Shown here piece by piece: positions 20,473 to 29,865 of a DNA stretch of 64,000 nucleotides. The DNA is taken from contig JAKAVN010000003.1 in assembly GCA_021827495.1 (NCBI GenBank), positions 766 to 64,765 of the forward strand, read 5' to 3'. The notes beneath the pieces are model-generated. The model made no database searches. It saw only the letters and a list, made by a program, of their open reading frames with translations, and was not told the DNA's origin. Source of the DNA: Deltaproteobacteria bacterium (GTDB taxonomy: Bacteria; Desulfobacterota; Binatia; Binatales; Binataceae). The position numbers and the translations under genes are program-made. Within the stretch, counting starts at the first letter, position 1. Every line of letters begins with the position of its first letter.

Positions 20473-20538
20473 AGTAGAAATCTCAATTTAAGCACATCCG
20501 GAGCTCGCGCAGGTTTCACCGGAGGCGGTCCGGGTTCT

Positions 20539-20964
20539 TCAGGAATTTGGTTGCGCGCGGCGCTTTTCCAGCCATCCCTCGAGAATTATCGCCGCGGCCA
20601 CCGCGTCGCGTAAGGCCTTCTTCGCCGCGCGCGAGGCAGCCGCGCCGCGCAGCCGCTCTTCGGCCTCATAGCTGGTCAACCGCTCGTCGAACATCTCTAC
20701 TGGAAGGCCGGTCGCTGAGCCCAAATGCTCTGCAAAGGCCCGCGCCGCGCGCGCCGATGGCCCCTCGGACCCATCCATGTTGAGCGGCAGGCCGACGACG
20801 ATACGCGAGACGCCGCGCTCGGCGAATTGCGAGCGAATCGCGTCAAGGTCGTGCTTTAGTGAACCGCGTTCAAGCATTCCCAGCGGATAGGCCCCCTGAC
20901 CGTCGCCATCGGTGATGGCCAAGCCGATCCGCTTTTGGCCGAAATCGATTGCTGCGATTGGCAT
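20539..20964 (-). CDS. ruvX: Holliday-junction resolvase-like nuclease RuvX (YqgF)
   Basis: Track ORF 20539..21162 trimmed to ATG 20962-20964. MPIAAIDFGQKRIGLAITD, VVGLPLNMDGSEG and DERLTS motifs. Confidence 0.9.
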   Translation of the reverse strand: MPIAAIDFGQKRIGLAITDGDGQGAYPLGMLERGSLKHDLDAIRSQFAERGVSRIVVGLPLNMDGSEGPSARAARAFAEHLGSATGLPVEMFDERLTSYEAEERLRGAAASRAAKKALRDAVAAAIILEGWLEKRRAQPNS

Positions 20965-20992
20965 AATGACACGTTTGGATGGGCTGTGGCGT

Positions 20993-21039
20993 TCTATAAG
21001 AAAAACTGTTGAAACTCTATAAGAAAACCTGTTGACAAC
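20993..21039. repeat. AT-rich tandem 23/24-bp repeat in the ruvX / M23-peptidase divergent intergenic region
   Basis: tctataagaaaaactgttgaaac (20993-21015) is followed by tctataagaaaacctgttgacaac (21016-21039). Confidence 0.8.
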
Positions 21040-21082
21040 GAGGACTATCGAGGGGTTGCGTATGTGAGTCAAATCTCTTAGA

Positions 21083-22531
21083 TTGTCCCCGATGGTTCGA
21101 GGGATCGTTGCTCGCATATTTCCGCGCCTTATCACGGCCTTGGTGGTCGCTGGGCTGGCCACGCTTGCGGCAATTCACCTCTTTTTCCAGGCCGGGGAGC
21201 CTCCGACGCCCACCATAGCTCTGATGGCCTTACAGGCCGGCCGCACCGAAGGCGGCCCCACCGAACTGGCGGAGAGCGCCACTCCCGCTCCCGACCCGAT
21301 CATCATACAGCTCACACTTGACCGCTCGGCCCCCGTGCTGCGCTACCTCGAAGATGCCGGGCTGGATCCTGCGGAGGCGCGGAACTGGGCTAATCATTTC
21401 CAAGAAGCCGCCAATACCGGGACGATGAAGGAGGGCCACGCACTGGTCCTCTATAGGGATCCCGAGACCGGGGACCTGCGCGGCCTCAGCTACAACCTTA
21501 ACACGAACATCGCGATCCGCGAGCACGGCTTGGGCGCCGGCGTCATTCGCACCTCGCGCGATCTGATCCAGTACGACATCAAGCGGGTCGGCGTCGCTTT
21601 CCAGGTGGATCGCAGCTTCCGTAGCGCCGCCCAGCGCAACAACCTGCCCGAGCCAGTCGTCTATACACTGGAGAACACCTTCAGCGATCGTTATCATGTC
21701 GACGAATTGCCGTCGGGTTCGGTCGTCAAGCTCATCTATCAGGAAAGGGTGGCTCGCGATGGCAGCTATCAGTTAGTGACCGGCGTAGAGGCGGCGCAGA
21801 TCGAATCGGACAACCGGATTATGAGCGCCTTCGCCTTTCGCGACGAGCACGGCCAACCGCGCCTGTTCGATGCGAACGGCCGGGAGTTAGGCCAGCCGCA
21901 AGCCCTGCGCTTCCCGGTCAAGTTCAACTACATCTCCTCAGGCTTCACCTTCCATCGCTACCATCCGATTCTCCACGAGTACCGGCCGCACCTCGGCGTC
22001 GATTTGGCTACCAAGTACGGCACCCCGGTCCAAGCGATAGCGGATGGGCGGGTGGAATATGCCGGATGGTGCGGGGAACTGGGGCGATGCGTCCGGCTGG
22101 ATCACTCGCAAGGCATGGTGAGCATTTACGGCCACCTGTCGCAAATCACGCAGGGACTGGCGCGTGGCGAATCGGTGTCGCTGGGCGAGGTCATCGGGCG
22201 GGTCGGTTCGAGCGGCCTGTCCACCGGACCGCATCTGCACTTCGCGATGGAGCGGGAGGGCCACTACGTCAACCCGCTGACCCAGAGCATCGGCGTCAAC
22301 CATCAAGTATCGCCGCGGATGCGCACCGTGTTCGAGCAGTTCAAGGAGCACTACCTCGCGATGCTGTCCAAGCTGCCCGACATGGGCGGTCATTTCCATG
22401 TCGGCGGCGCCCGGACATCGGCGGCCGCGCAGACTGCGGTGGTGGGGCAGCCGGGCAAGCGCCTGGCCAGTGGGCAGGCGCTCCGCCGGCGCTCGCGTCA
22501 TCATTGGCATTCGTGGCGCACCGCCTTTTAG
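21083..22531 (+). CDS. M23 family metallopeptidase (LytM-type)
   Basis: N-terminal TM helix. HLGVDLATKYGTPV, GHLSQI and GSSGLSTGPHLHF motifs. The start could instead be the ATG at 21092. Confidence 0.85.
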   Translation: MSPMVRGIVARIFPRLITALVVAGLATLAAIHLFFQAGEPPTPTIALMALQAGRTEGGPTELAESATPAPDPIIIQLTLDRSAPVLRYLEDAGLDPAEARNWANHFQEAANTGTMKEGHALVLYRDPETGDLRGLSYNLNTNIAIREHGLGAGVIRTSRDLIQYDIKRVGVAFQVDRSFRSAAQRNNLPEPVVYTLENTFSDRYHVDELPSGSVVKLIYQERVARDGSYQLVTGVEAAQIESDNRIMSAFAFRDEHGQPRLFDANGRELGQPQALRFPVKFNYISSGFTFHRYHPILHEYRPHLGVDLATKYGTPVQAIADGRVEYAGWCGELGRCVRLDHSQGMVSIYGHLSQITQGLARGESVSLGEVIGRVGSSGLSTGPHLHFAMEREGHYVNPLTQSIGVNHQVSPRMRTVFEQFKEHYLAMLSKLPDMGGHFHVGGARTSAAAQTAVVGQPGKRLASGQALRRRSRHHWHSWRTAF

Positions 22532-22577
22532 CGCTACCCGATTCAACTTCGACAAAACACCCGCCAGGCTTCGCGCC

Positions 22578-25130
22578 TCATAGCGCGCAGACGGCCTCTC
22601 GTACTTGGCCGGCAAGCGCCGCGTAATCCTCGCCCCTCAAATTCAATGGCTTGCCGAAGCTGACTGAACCCGGCCCGGGATGAACCATCCGTGAATCGCG
22701 GTGGAGCACGCGGTCGAGTCCTCGTAGGCGGACCGGCACGACGGGGACCCGAAGCCGGGCGGCAATCAGTGCAACTCCCGGCTGGAACGGCTTGATCTCG
22801 CCGGACTCGGTTCGTTCGCCCTCCGGGTAGATCAGGACCGACCATCCTTCGCTTGCCAGGTCGCCGATGTGGCGTAGGGTTTGCCTGATTCCCGCTTCGT
22901 GTTGCGGGATCGGAAAGCCGTTAAAAAACAGCGTCGCGAGGTAATAAGTCAGGCTGTTACTGAGCCAGCGCAGCCGCGAGTACTGGTGCGGATAAAAATG
23001 CGCGTCGAAGAACTCCTTCAGCATCGCCGGCGCGATGGAATAGCGCCAACGCGCGGGAAGCGCGGCGAAGATCGCGGCAGTGTCCAGATGGCTCTGATGG
23101 TTGGCCGCAAAGACCACCGGTCCCTCAAGGGACTCGAGTTCTTCCAGGCCGGTGACAGACATACGGACACACAGCCGGGTCAGCGGAAGGAACAACCCGG
23201 CCAGCGTCGCCCGCCGAACCAGCCCGGCGAGCGCGTTTCGATTCCAGTTGATAAACTCGATCGGTTCTCTCGGTTCGGCGCTTCCGGCAGGGCGTGATAC
23301 CTGCCTGCTCAGATCCGCGACGGTGGTGGCTTCCGTAAATCGGGCCTCGTCGATCGCGACATTAAAGGACTGCTCCAGCTCGACCATGAGTTCGACCCGC
23401 TCTAGCGAGCTCAAGCCGATTTCCTGGAGCGTCGTCTCAGGCATGATGGTCCGATCGGGCGCGTAGTTTTTGACGAGAGCCGTGATTTGGTCGTCCAGCG
23501 AGGGAGATGGTGGCGGCGGCCCTCCCGCGTCCACCCATTGCTGTATCGCGCGCCGCCTAAGCTTGCCGGTCCCCGCGGTACGCGGCAGCTTGCCGCCGGT
23601 CCATACCGATACGCTGCGGATCTTCTGATGATCGTCCAGCCGGGCGTTGGCGAGTCTCACGACTTCTTCCTTGTCGGCCCCCGGCTTGAGAACAAGCACG
23701 GCATGGACCCGGCCCCTGCCAACCACCGCCGCGTCGATCACGCCCGGTATCTGACCGAGCACGAGTTCCACGTCTTCGGGAAAGACCTTGAGGCCCTCCG
23801 GCGTGACGATCACTTCGCTTTTGCGGCCGCGAACGTAAAGATAGTGCTGGTCGTCCAACTTGCCGATATCGCCGGTATGGAACCAGCCGCCCTCGAAAGC
23901 ACTTGCGGTTTCGGCGGGCGCGTTGAGATAGCCCGGCGTCACGATGTCGCCGCGGACCAGGATTTCGCCGTCAGGGGCGATCTTCACCTCGACTCCGGTC
24001 AGCGGTTTGCCCACACTCCCGCGCCGGCCATGGAAGGGGTGATTGAAGCTGATGATCGGCGCGGTTTCGGTTAGCCCATATCCTTGAACCACGAGGAAGC
24101 CGAGGCGCGACCAGAATTCTTCCAGCTCGGCTTCGAGCGGAGCGCCGCCCACCACGAAGCCCCAGAACTTCAGCCCGAAGTGGCAATGCACTTTCCGGTA
24201 ACGCCACCATCGCAATAGCCAGTGGGATTCGCCGCCTGACGGATGAGCGGTTTCCGGCGCCAGCCTGACGACATACTGACGCAAGAGGTCGAGCATCTTT
24301 GGCACCGAGACGAGGAAAGACACTCGCCGCTTGCGGATCTGCCGCGCGATTTCCTGCGGGTTGTAACTGTGCACCATCACGACCACGCCCGGCAGCATCG
24401 GCGGAAAGAACGTGGCCAGCGCTTGGCCGAACATGTGGCTGAGCGGAAGCAGGTTGAGAAAGCGCAAAGGAAACGCCGGGCGCACGTATTTGCGATAGCG
24501 TAAGACTTCGCGCTCGATCGGAAGCAGGTCGGCCGCGATGTTGCGGTGCGTGATGACAACGCCTTTTGGCGCCGCGGTCGAGCCGGAAGTAAACACGAAT
24601 TCCGCCGGGTCGTCCGGACGGATTTGCGCGACGCGGGGCGAAACCGGCGCGGCGGCCATGTCGAGATCGGCAAGTCGCCAAATGACCGGCAGGCCGGCCC
24701 CTGCGGAGGAGGCCGCGACATCATCGCCAACCAGGAGGAGCCGCGCGTGGACGATCTCCTGGATGTGGCGGACAACTTCCGGCGAGGCCCGGTAGTCGAC
24801 AGGAACAACCACGACGCCCTCGAGCACGCAGCCCCAAAAGGCGACCAGCCACTGCGGGCGGCTCTCCGACCACAATAGAACCCGCTCGCCCTTGTGTACG
24901 GATTCGCCGCGCAGCCGCTCCGCGAAGGCGCCCGCCGCGCGGGCAATCTGCCGGTATTGGTAGCACCGGGTGCGATACCCGTCGTCGTGGATCACGAACT
25001 CATCGGAGAGCCCGGCAAAGCCGTCGAATATATCGACGAGCGTTCGGTGTGAGGCGCCCGAATCATCGCGAGCGGCGCCCGGTTCCGCGGCTGCCGAAGC
25101 TGGCGCGGTGGAATCGACACGACACGACAT
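22578..25130 (-). CDS. tri-domain protein: adenylate-forming fatty-acid ligase + acyl carrier domain + PlsC/LPLAT acyltransferase
   Basis: AMP-binding cores FTSGSTAAPKGV, GYGLTET, GDIGKLDDQHYLYVRGRKSEVI and GTGKLRR. Carrier domain IGLSSLERVEL. Acyltransferase motifs NHQSHLDT (Hx4D) and IYPEGERT. Confidence 0.85.
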   Translation of the reverse strand: MSCRVDSTAPASAAAEPGAARDDSGASHRTLVDIFDGFAGLSDEFVIHDDGYRTRCYQYRQIARAAGAFAERLRGESVHKGERVLLWSESRPQWLVAFWGCVLEGVVVVPVDYRASPEVVRHIQEIVHARLLLVGDDVAASSAGAGLPVIWRLADLDMAAAPVSPRVAQIRPDDPAEFVFTSGSTAAPKGVVITHRNIAADLLPIEREVLRYRKYVRPAFPLRFLNLLPLSHMFGQALATFFPPMLPGVVVMVHSYNPQEIARQIRKRRVSFLVSVPKMLDLLRQYVVRLAPETAHPSGGESHWLLRWWRYRKVHCHFGLKFWGFVVGGAPLEAELEEFWSRLGFLVVQGYGLTETAPIISFNHPFHGRRGSVGKPLTGVEVKIAPDGEILVRGDIVTPGYLNAPAETASAFEGGWFHTGDIGKLDDQHYLYVRGRKSEVIVTPEGLKVFPEDVELVLGQIPGVIDAAVVGRGRVHAVLVLKPGADKEEVVRLANARLDDHQKIRSVSVWTGGKLPRTAGTGKLRRRAIQQWVDAGGPPPPSPSLDDQITALVKNYAPDRTIMPETTLQEIGLSSLERVELMVELEQSFNVAIDEARFTEATTVADLSRQVSRPAGSAEPREPIEFINWNRNALAGLVRRATLAGLFLPLTRLCVRMSVTGLEELESLEGPVVFAANHQSHLDTAAIFAALPARWRYSIAPAMLKEFFDAHFYPHQYSRLRWLSNSLTYYLATLFFNGFPIPQHEAGIRQTLRHIGDLASEGWSVLIYPEGERTESGEIKPFQPGVALIAARLRVPVVPVRLRGLDRVLHRDSRMVHPGPGSVSFGKPLNLRGEDYAALAGQVREAVCAL

Positions 25131-25223
25131 CCAACTCGAGCCCTCGCGGCTAAACTAGCACGATCGATTCGCTTATACTGTGCCCAGGGCCAAGGCCCAT
25201 CACGGCGCCGGCCCGGACACCCG

Positions 25224-26015
25224 ATGCGTCTCGAGATGGACACCGACTTCTTCGCGCTCCCTGTCCCGCGCGTAATCGCTCACCGCGGCGTCAGCGCGCA
25301 CTATCCGGAAAACACGATCGCGGCGTTCTCAGCGGCGCGCGACCTTGGCATTCCTTATGTCGAGCTCGACGTCCACATGACGCGCGACGGTGAGATCGTC
25401 GTGACCCACGATGAAAATCTGCGCCGCGTCGGCGGACATGATGGGGTGGTCAGGGAATTGACGTTTGCCGAGCTTGCCCAAGTCGACGCCGGCCGCAACT
25501 TTAGCCGGGACAGCCTTCGGTTCCCGTTTCGCGGGTCAGGGCTTCGCGTTCCCAGGCTTGCACAGGTACTCGAGGTGGTGCGCGGACAACGCCTCGTGAT
25601 CGAGGTCAAACAGGAAAACCCGAGCCTGATCGAACCGATGCTGAGGGTGATAGATCGGGCCGGGATGCGCCGGCGCGTGCTGGTGGCGAGCGAGCAGCAG
25701 ACTCCGATCGACGAGGTGCGCGCGCTCGCGCCGGAGCTTCCGACCGGATTTACCTATCGCGAAGTCGCCGGCTTCATGGCGGCGCTGGCGCCCGGCGCCG
25801 AACCCTACCAGCCGCGTGGCGACGCCTTGCAGATTCCGCCCGAGTACGAGTCGTGGCGGATCGTGACGTCCGAGAGCGTCGCCGCGGCGCATCGGATCGG
25901 CGTCGAGGTGCACGTGTGGACGGTCAACGCCGCGGCCGCGATGAGCGCGATGCTCGAGCTCGGCGTTGACGGCGTAATCACCGACTATCCCACTCGCCTG
26001 CTCGCGCTGCTTTAG
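25224..26015 (+). CDS. glycerophosphodiester phosphodiesterase
   Basis: VIAHRGVSAHYPENT, YVELDVHMTRDGEIVVTHD, VHVWTVN and GVDGVITDYP. Confidence 0.9.
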   Translation: MRLEMDTDFFALPVPRVIAHRGVSAHYPENTIAAFSAARDLGIPYVELDVHMTRDGEIVVTHDENLRRVGGHDGVVRELTFAELAQVDAGRNFSRDSLRFPFRGSGLRVPRLAQVLEVVRGQRLVIEVKQENPSLIEPMLRVIDRAGMRRRVLVASEQQTPIDEVRALAPELPTGFTYREVAGFMAALAPGAEPYQPRGDALQIPPEYESWRIVTSESVAAAHRIGVEVHVWTVNAAAAMSAMLELGVDGVITDYPTRLLALL

Positions 26016-26136
26016 CCCGCCGCCCCCGCGTGCGCATTCGCGCGCCGCGGCGCGCGAACGCGCTTGTCCGGCGCAAGGGACTTTGTGTTACAATCCCCCG
26101 CGCTTCAACCAACCGCAGCGCATGGAGGTGGAATCA

Positions 26137-27153
26137 ATGAAACTCGACACGATGCTCTCCGCACGCGACCTGCACGAAGTTCCCAAGGCGGCGAAGGCCG
26201 CCGAGGAGGCCGGCTTCGGCGCCATCTGGTCGATGGAGGCGGGCAACGACGGATTCCTGCCGCTGGCGCTCGCCGCGGAGCACACCCGGCGCATCAAGAT
26301 GGGCCCGGCGGTCGCGATTGCCTTTCCGCGCAGCCCGATGGTGATGGCCAATACGTCGTACGATCTTGCGCGCCTGTCCGAGGGGCGCTTCATTTTGGGG
26401 CTCGGCACCCAGGTCAAGGGCCATATCGAGCGGCGCTACGGAATGCGATATGAGCCGCCGGTGCCCAAGCTGCGCGAGTACCTGGAATCGCTGGCGGCGA
26501 TTTTCAAATGCTGGAACGAGGGCGGCGCGAAGCTCTCGTACAAGGGCAAGTACTACAACTTCTCGCTGATGACGCCGTTTTTCGCGCCGCGGCCGCATCA
26601 GTTCAAGATCCCGGTCTACATCGCCGGCGTGAACGAGCACATTTGCCGGCTGGCGGGCGAGCTGTGCGACGGCCTGCACGCGCATCCATTCAACTCGCCC
26701 AAGTATCTGCGCGAGTTCGTGATGCCGCATCTCGAAGCCGGCTTCAAGAAATCCGGCCGCTCGCGCAAGGACTTCACCGTCTTCACCACCCCCTTCGTGG
26801 TGGTGGGCGGCAACGACGAGGAGATCGAAAAGGCGCGCGCCGGCGTGCGCCAGCAAATCGCCTTCTATGCCTCCACCCGCACCTACCAGGTCGTACTCGA
26901 GACGCACGGATGGGGCGACGTGGCGCCGCGTCTCAATGAGAAGGCCGCCAAGGGCGATTGGACCGGGATGGCCAGCGAGATCACCGACGAGATGCTCGAC
27001 ACCTACTCGGTGAGCGGCAGGTGGGACGACATCGCCGCCAAGGTCAAGGCGCGCTACGACGGCCTGCTCGACCGCGTCGCCTTCTATATGCCGTACAAGG
27101 CGGGCGTCGACGACGACGCCTGGCGCCATCTCTGCCAACAGTTCAACGGCTGA
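26137..27153 (+). CDS. luciferase-like monooxygenase (LLM) class oxidoreductase, probably F420-dependent
   Basis: Track ORF trimmed to ATG 26137, preceded by GGAGGTG at 26124-26130. LLM fold signatures throughout. The F420 subclass assignment is from memory of TIGR03617-like sequences. Confidence 0.8.
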   Translation: MKLDTMLSARDLHEVPKAAKAAEEAGFGAIWSMEAGNDGFLPLALAAEHTRRIKMGPAVAIAFPRSPMVMANTSYDLARLSEGRFILGLGTQVKGHIERRYGMRYEPPVPKLREYLESLAAIFKCWNEGGAKLSYKGKYYNFSLMTPFFAPRPHQFKIPVYIAGVNEHICRLAGELCDGLHAHPFNSPKYLREFVMPHLEAGFKKSGRSRKDFTVFTTPFVVVGGNDEEIEKARAGVRQQIAFYASTRTYQVVLETHGWGDVAPRLNEKAAKGDWTGMASEITDEMLDTYSVSGRWDDIAAKVKARYDGLLDRVAFYMPYKAGVDDDAWRHLCQQFNG

Positions 27154-27185
27154 GCCCGCGCGGGCGCCGCCGCGCGCGCAGGCGC

Positions 27186-27968
27186 TTACTTGTCGAGCGT
27201 CGAGCCCAACTGCTGCACCTTCTTCTGCAGCATGCTCACGAGCGCCGGGTAGCCGTCGTTGTTGAGCACGCGGTTGAACTGGTTGCGGTAGTTGGCCATC
27301 ACGCTGATCGCGTCAATATCGAGGTCGTAGATTTTCCACTCCGCGCCGTCGCGCTTGAGCAGATAGTCGACTTTGATCGGCGGGGGCTGGTCCTTCAGCA
27401 ACACGCTGCTATGGACCTCGGCATAGCCGGCGCCGTTGTACTGCTGTCCGGTGAAGCTGACGTTGGAAGTGTTCACGTTCTGGCGGATTTTCTGCACGCT
27501 GTAGTCCCGCATCTTGCTCAGGTAGACGTTCTCCATGAAGGAGGTGAACAGCGGGACGAATTGGGCCTGCTGCTGTGGCGTGATCTGGCGCCAATGGTAG
27601 CCCAGCGTGGTGCGCGCCATGTCGGCGAAGTCGAAGTTGGCCTCCGCGATCTCACGCAGCTTCTTGTTGCGCTCGGCGGTCGGCGTCTGGGTGTCGCGCA
27701 CCACCGCAGTGGTCTGGTCGATAACCGCCTTGACCATCGCCGTCGGGTCGCCTGCCGTCACCGCGGCGGAGGCCGCCGCCTGGGCGCGCGCCGGCTCCGG
27801 CATGAGCGCTACGGCGGCGGCGCAAAGCGCGCCGGCAAGAAAGATTGCGCCCGCGAGCCCTTGGCTGATGACGGCGCGGCGTTTGACCGATGCGCCACAA
27901 TCGCGGCCGCCCACGCGGCCTGGTTGGCTGGTAAGGTGTGAATTAAACATCGCGTATAAATAATCCAT
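27186..27968 (-). CDS. MlaC/Ttg2D-family phospholipid-binding periplasmic protein
   Basis: Signal peptide, then the toluene-tolerance Ttg2D pattern (FDFADMARTTLGYHWRQITPQQQAQFVPLF ... WKIYDLDIDAISVMANYRNQF). Confidence 0.8.
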   Translation of the reverse strand: MDYLYAMFNSHLTSQPGRVGGRDCGASVKRRAVISQGLAGAIFLAGALCAAAVALMPEPARAQAAASAAVTAGDPTAMVKAVIDQTTAVVRDTQTPTAERNKKLREIAEANFDFADMARTTLGYHWRQITPQQQAQFVPLFTSFMENVYLSKMRDYSVQKIRQNVNTSNVSFTGQQYNGAGYAEVHSSVLLKDQPPPIKVDYLLKRDGAEWKIYDLDIDAISVMANYRNQFNRVLNNDGYPALVSMLQKKVQQLGSTLDK

Positions 27969-28067
27969 CAGTTGCCATTATCGCCGCTCGCGCCGGGCAT
28001 TAAAATAAGCCCGGCAACTTGAATGGCCGGCTGTGCTAAGCGTCCGAATAGGCTACGCTATTTTGCT

Positions 28068-28940
28068 ATGCACAAGCGCGTGCTTTACGCGGCGGACCCG
28101 CGCTGGGCCGCGATGGCCGAGCGGCTCGACCTGCTCATGGCGGACAGTGGCTTTCGTACGCTCAAGGACGAGGCCCGCACGCGCGCCGGCTTGCTCAAGG
28201 GGCCCGACGGCGTGTTGGTTTTCGTCAAACGCGTGCGCACCGGCTCCTGGGCGAGGGGGCTGGTCGCCGCCGCGCGCGGTTCGCAGGTCAGGCGATGGCT
28301 CGATGGAGCCGCGATGCTCGCGGCGGCGGGCTTCAATCGTCCTGCGCCGCTGGCCGCGCTGGAGGTGCACCGCGCGGGCGTGGTGAGCGAGTGCTACCTG
28401 CTCTGCGAGGCGCTGCACGATGCGACCGTGCTCAGCGGCGCGGCGCTGGGAGGCGGGACGGTGCATTTTCGCTCCCGCCGGACGCTGCTCAGCGCCGTGG
28501 CGCGCGAGGTTCGCCGGCTGCATGACGCGGGGCTTTACACGCTTGATCTGCAGGAGACCAACCTGATGGTGGAGGAGCGCGGCGCTGCGCCGCCCCGGAT
28601 AAGCTTCGTCGACCTGGAGGATTTCCGCCGGGTGCGCATGGTCTCCTGGCACAGAAGGCTGCTCAATCTCGTTCATCTCGACCGCAGTATCGGACGCTTC
28701 CTTAATCGTCCCACGCGGCTGCGCTTTTTTTACGAGTATCTCGGCGCGGCCGCGCTCGGCCGGAATGAGCGGCGGCGGATCGTCCTCCAGTTCTGGCAAC
28801 TGCGCGACGGGCTCGAGCGCCGCCGCCGCGCGCGCGCGCCACGCATCGCGGCCGCGACGCTGGAGACGGTGGCCGGCTGCGCGCGTGGCGCGGCGCCGGC
28901 CGCAGCGGACAAGCTGGCGCCGCCGCCGCGCGGCAACTGA
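28068..28940 (+). CDS. lipopolysaccharide kinase (Kdo/WaaP) family protein
   Basis: Track ORF trimmed to ATG 28068. RTLKDEARTRAGLL, VFVKRV, LHDAGLYTLDLQETNLMV and FVDLEDF resemble the InaA/Kdo-kinase family. Confidence 0.7.
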   Translation: MHKRVLYAADPRWAAMAERLDLLMADSGFRTLKDEARTRAGLLKGPDGVLVFVKRVRTGSWARGLVAAARGSQVRRWLDGAAMLAAAGFNRPAPLAALEVHRAGVVSECYLLCEALHDATVLSGAALGGGTVHFRSRRTLLSAVAREVRRLHDAGLYTLDLQETNLMVEERGAAPPRISFVDLEDFRRVRMVSWHRRLLNLVHLDRSIGRFLNRPTRLRFFYEYLGAAALGRNERRRIVLQFWQLRDGLERRRRARAPRIAAATLETVAGCARGAAPAAADKLAPPPRGN

Positions 28941-28971
28941 CAACGCAAGCATCGACGGGGTACCGGCGGCT

Positions 28972-29694
28972 ATGGCCTTTGCGATTCGCAGACGCGAGTA
29001 CGATCACCATACCGAGCAGGTCCACGCGGCCGGCGGCGCCAGCTTGCGCGACCTGATGCTGGGGCTCAACGACGGCCTGGTGGCCTCGTTCGCGGTCACT
29101 TCCGGCGTGGCTGGCGCGTTCACCACGGGCGGTATCGTGGTCATGGCCGGCCTCGCCGAGATGCTGGGTGGAGCGGTCTCGATGGGCCTGGCGGCGTTCA
29201 TCTCGGCCCGTTCGCAGATCGAGTTCTACCACAGCGAGATCCAGCGCGAGCGCGACGAGATCCGCCGATGGCCCGAGCGCGAGCGCGAGGAAGTCCGCGC
29301 CATCTACCGCGCCAAGGGCTTCGGTGGCGAGTTGCTCGACCTCATCGTGCGCCACATCACCGCCGACCCCGAGCGCTGGAGCGACGTGATGATGCGCGAG
29401 GAGTTGGGGATGGCCGTCGAATCGTTCGACCGGCCGCTGCGCTCGGCCTTGACCGTGGGCTTCTCCTACCTCGCCGGCGCAACCGTGCCGGTGATCGGCT
29501 ATCTCTTCGTCGCGCCGCACGAGGGCCTGATCATCTCCGCGGCCGCGACGGTCGCGACGTTGTTCGTGGTCGGCGCGGCCAAGACGAGAATCACGGCGCG
29601 CTCGTGGTGGCGTAGCGGACTGGAGAGCATGGCGACCGGCATTGCCGCCGCGGCGGTGACCTACGGCGCGGGGCGATTCTTCGCTGGCCGTTGA
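28972..29694 (+). CDS. VIT1/CCC1 family Fe/Mn transporter
   Basis: Track ORF trimmed to ATG 28972. LRDLMLGLNDGLVASFAVTSGVAGA, the E-rich cytoplasmic helix and C-terminal TM helices are typical of VIT. Confidence 0.85.
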   Translation: MAFAIRRREYDHHTEQVHAAGGASLRDLMLGLNDGLVASFAVTSGVAGAFTTGGIVVMAGLAEMLGGAVSMGLAAFISARSQIEFYHSEIQRERDEIRRWPEREREEVRAIYRAKGFGGELLDLIVRHITADPERWSDVMMREELGMAVESFDRPLRSALTVGFSYLAGATVPVIGYLFVAPHEGLIISAAATVATLFVVGAAKTRITARSWWRSGLESMATGIAAAAVTYGAGRFFAGR

Positions 29695-29865
29695 GCGTCG
29701 CACGGCGCACCCCCGTGCCGCGCGTCATCGTGGACGGCGCCGCGGCATAGACGCGCCATAGAGAGCCGCGCCGGGTTTGCGCGGCACGGGGCCCGCCATC
29801 TCCGGTTATCCGGCGTTGATCTCAATGGCGCATCCCCGCTATCTCTACCCGCCGGGGCCGATATC

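Noticed and set aside
28765-28971. Upstream extension of the VIT transporter ORF, which overlaps the kinase gene.
   Set aside because: The extension is Ser/Ala/Arg-rich and lies out of frame with the conserved kinase C-terminus. VIT homology starts at ATG 28972.
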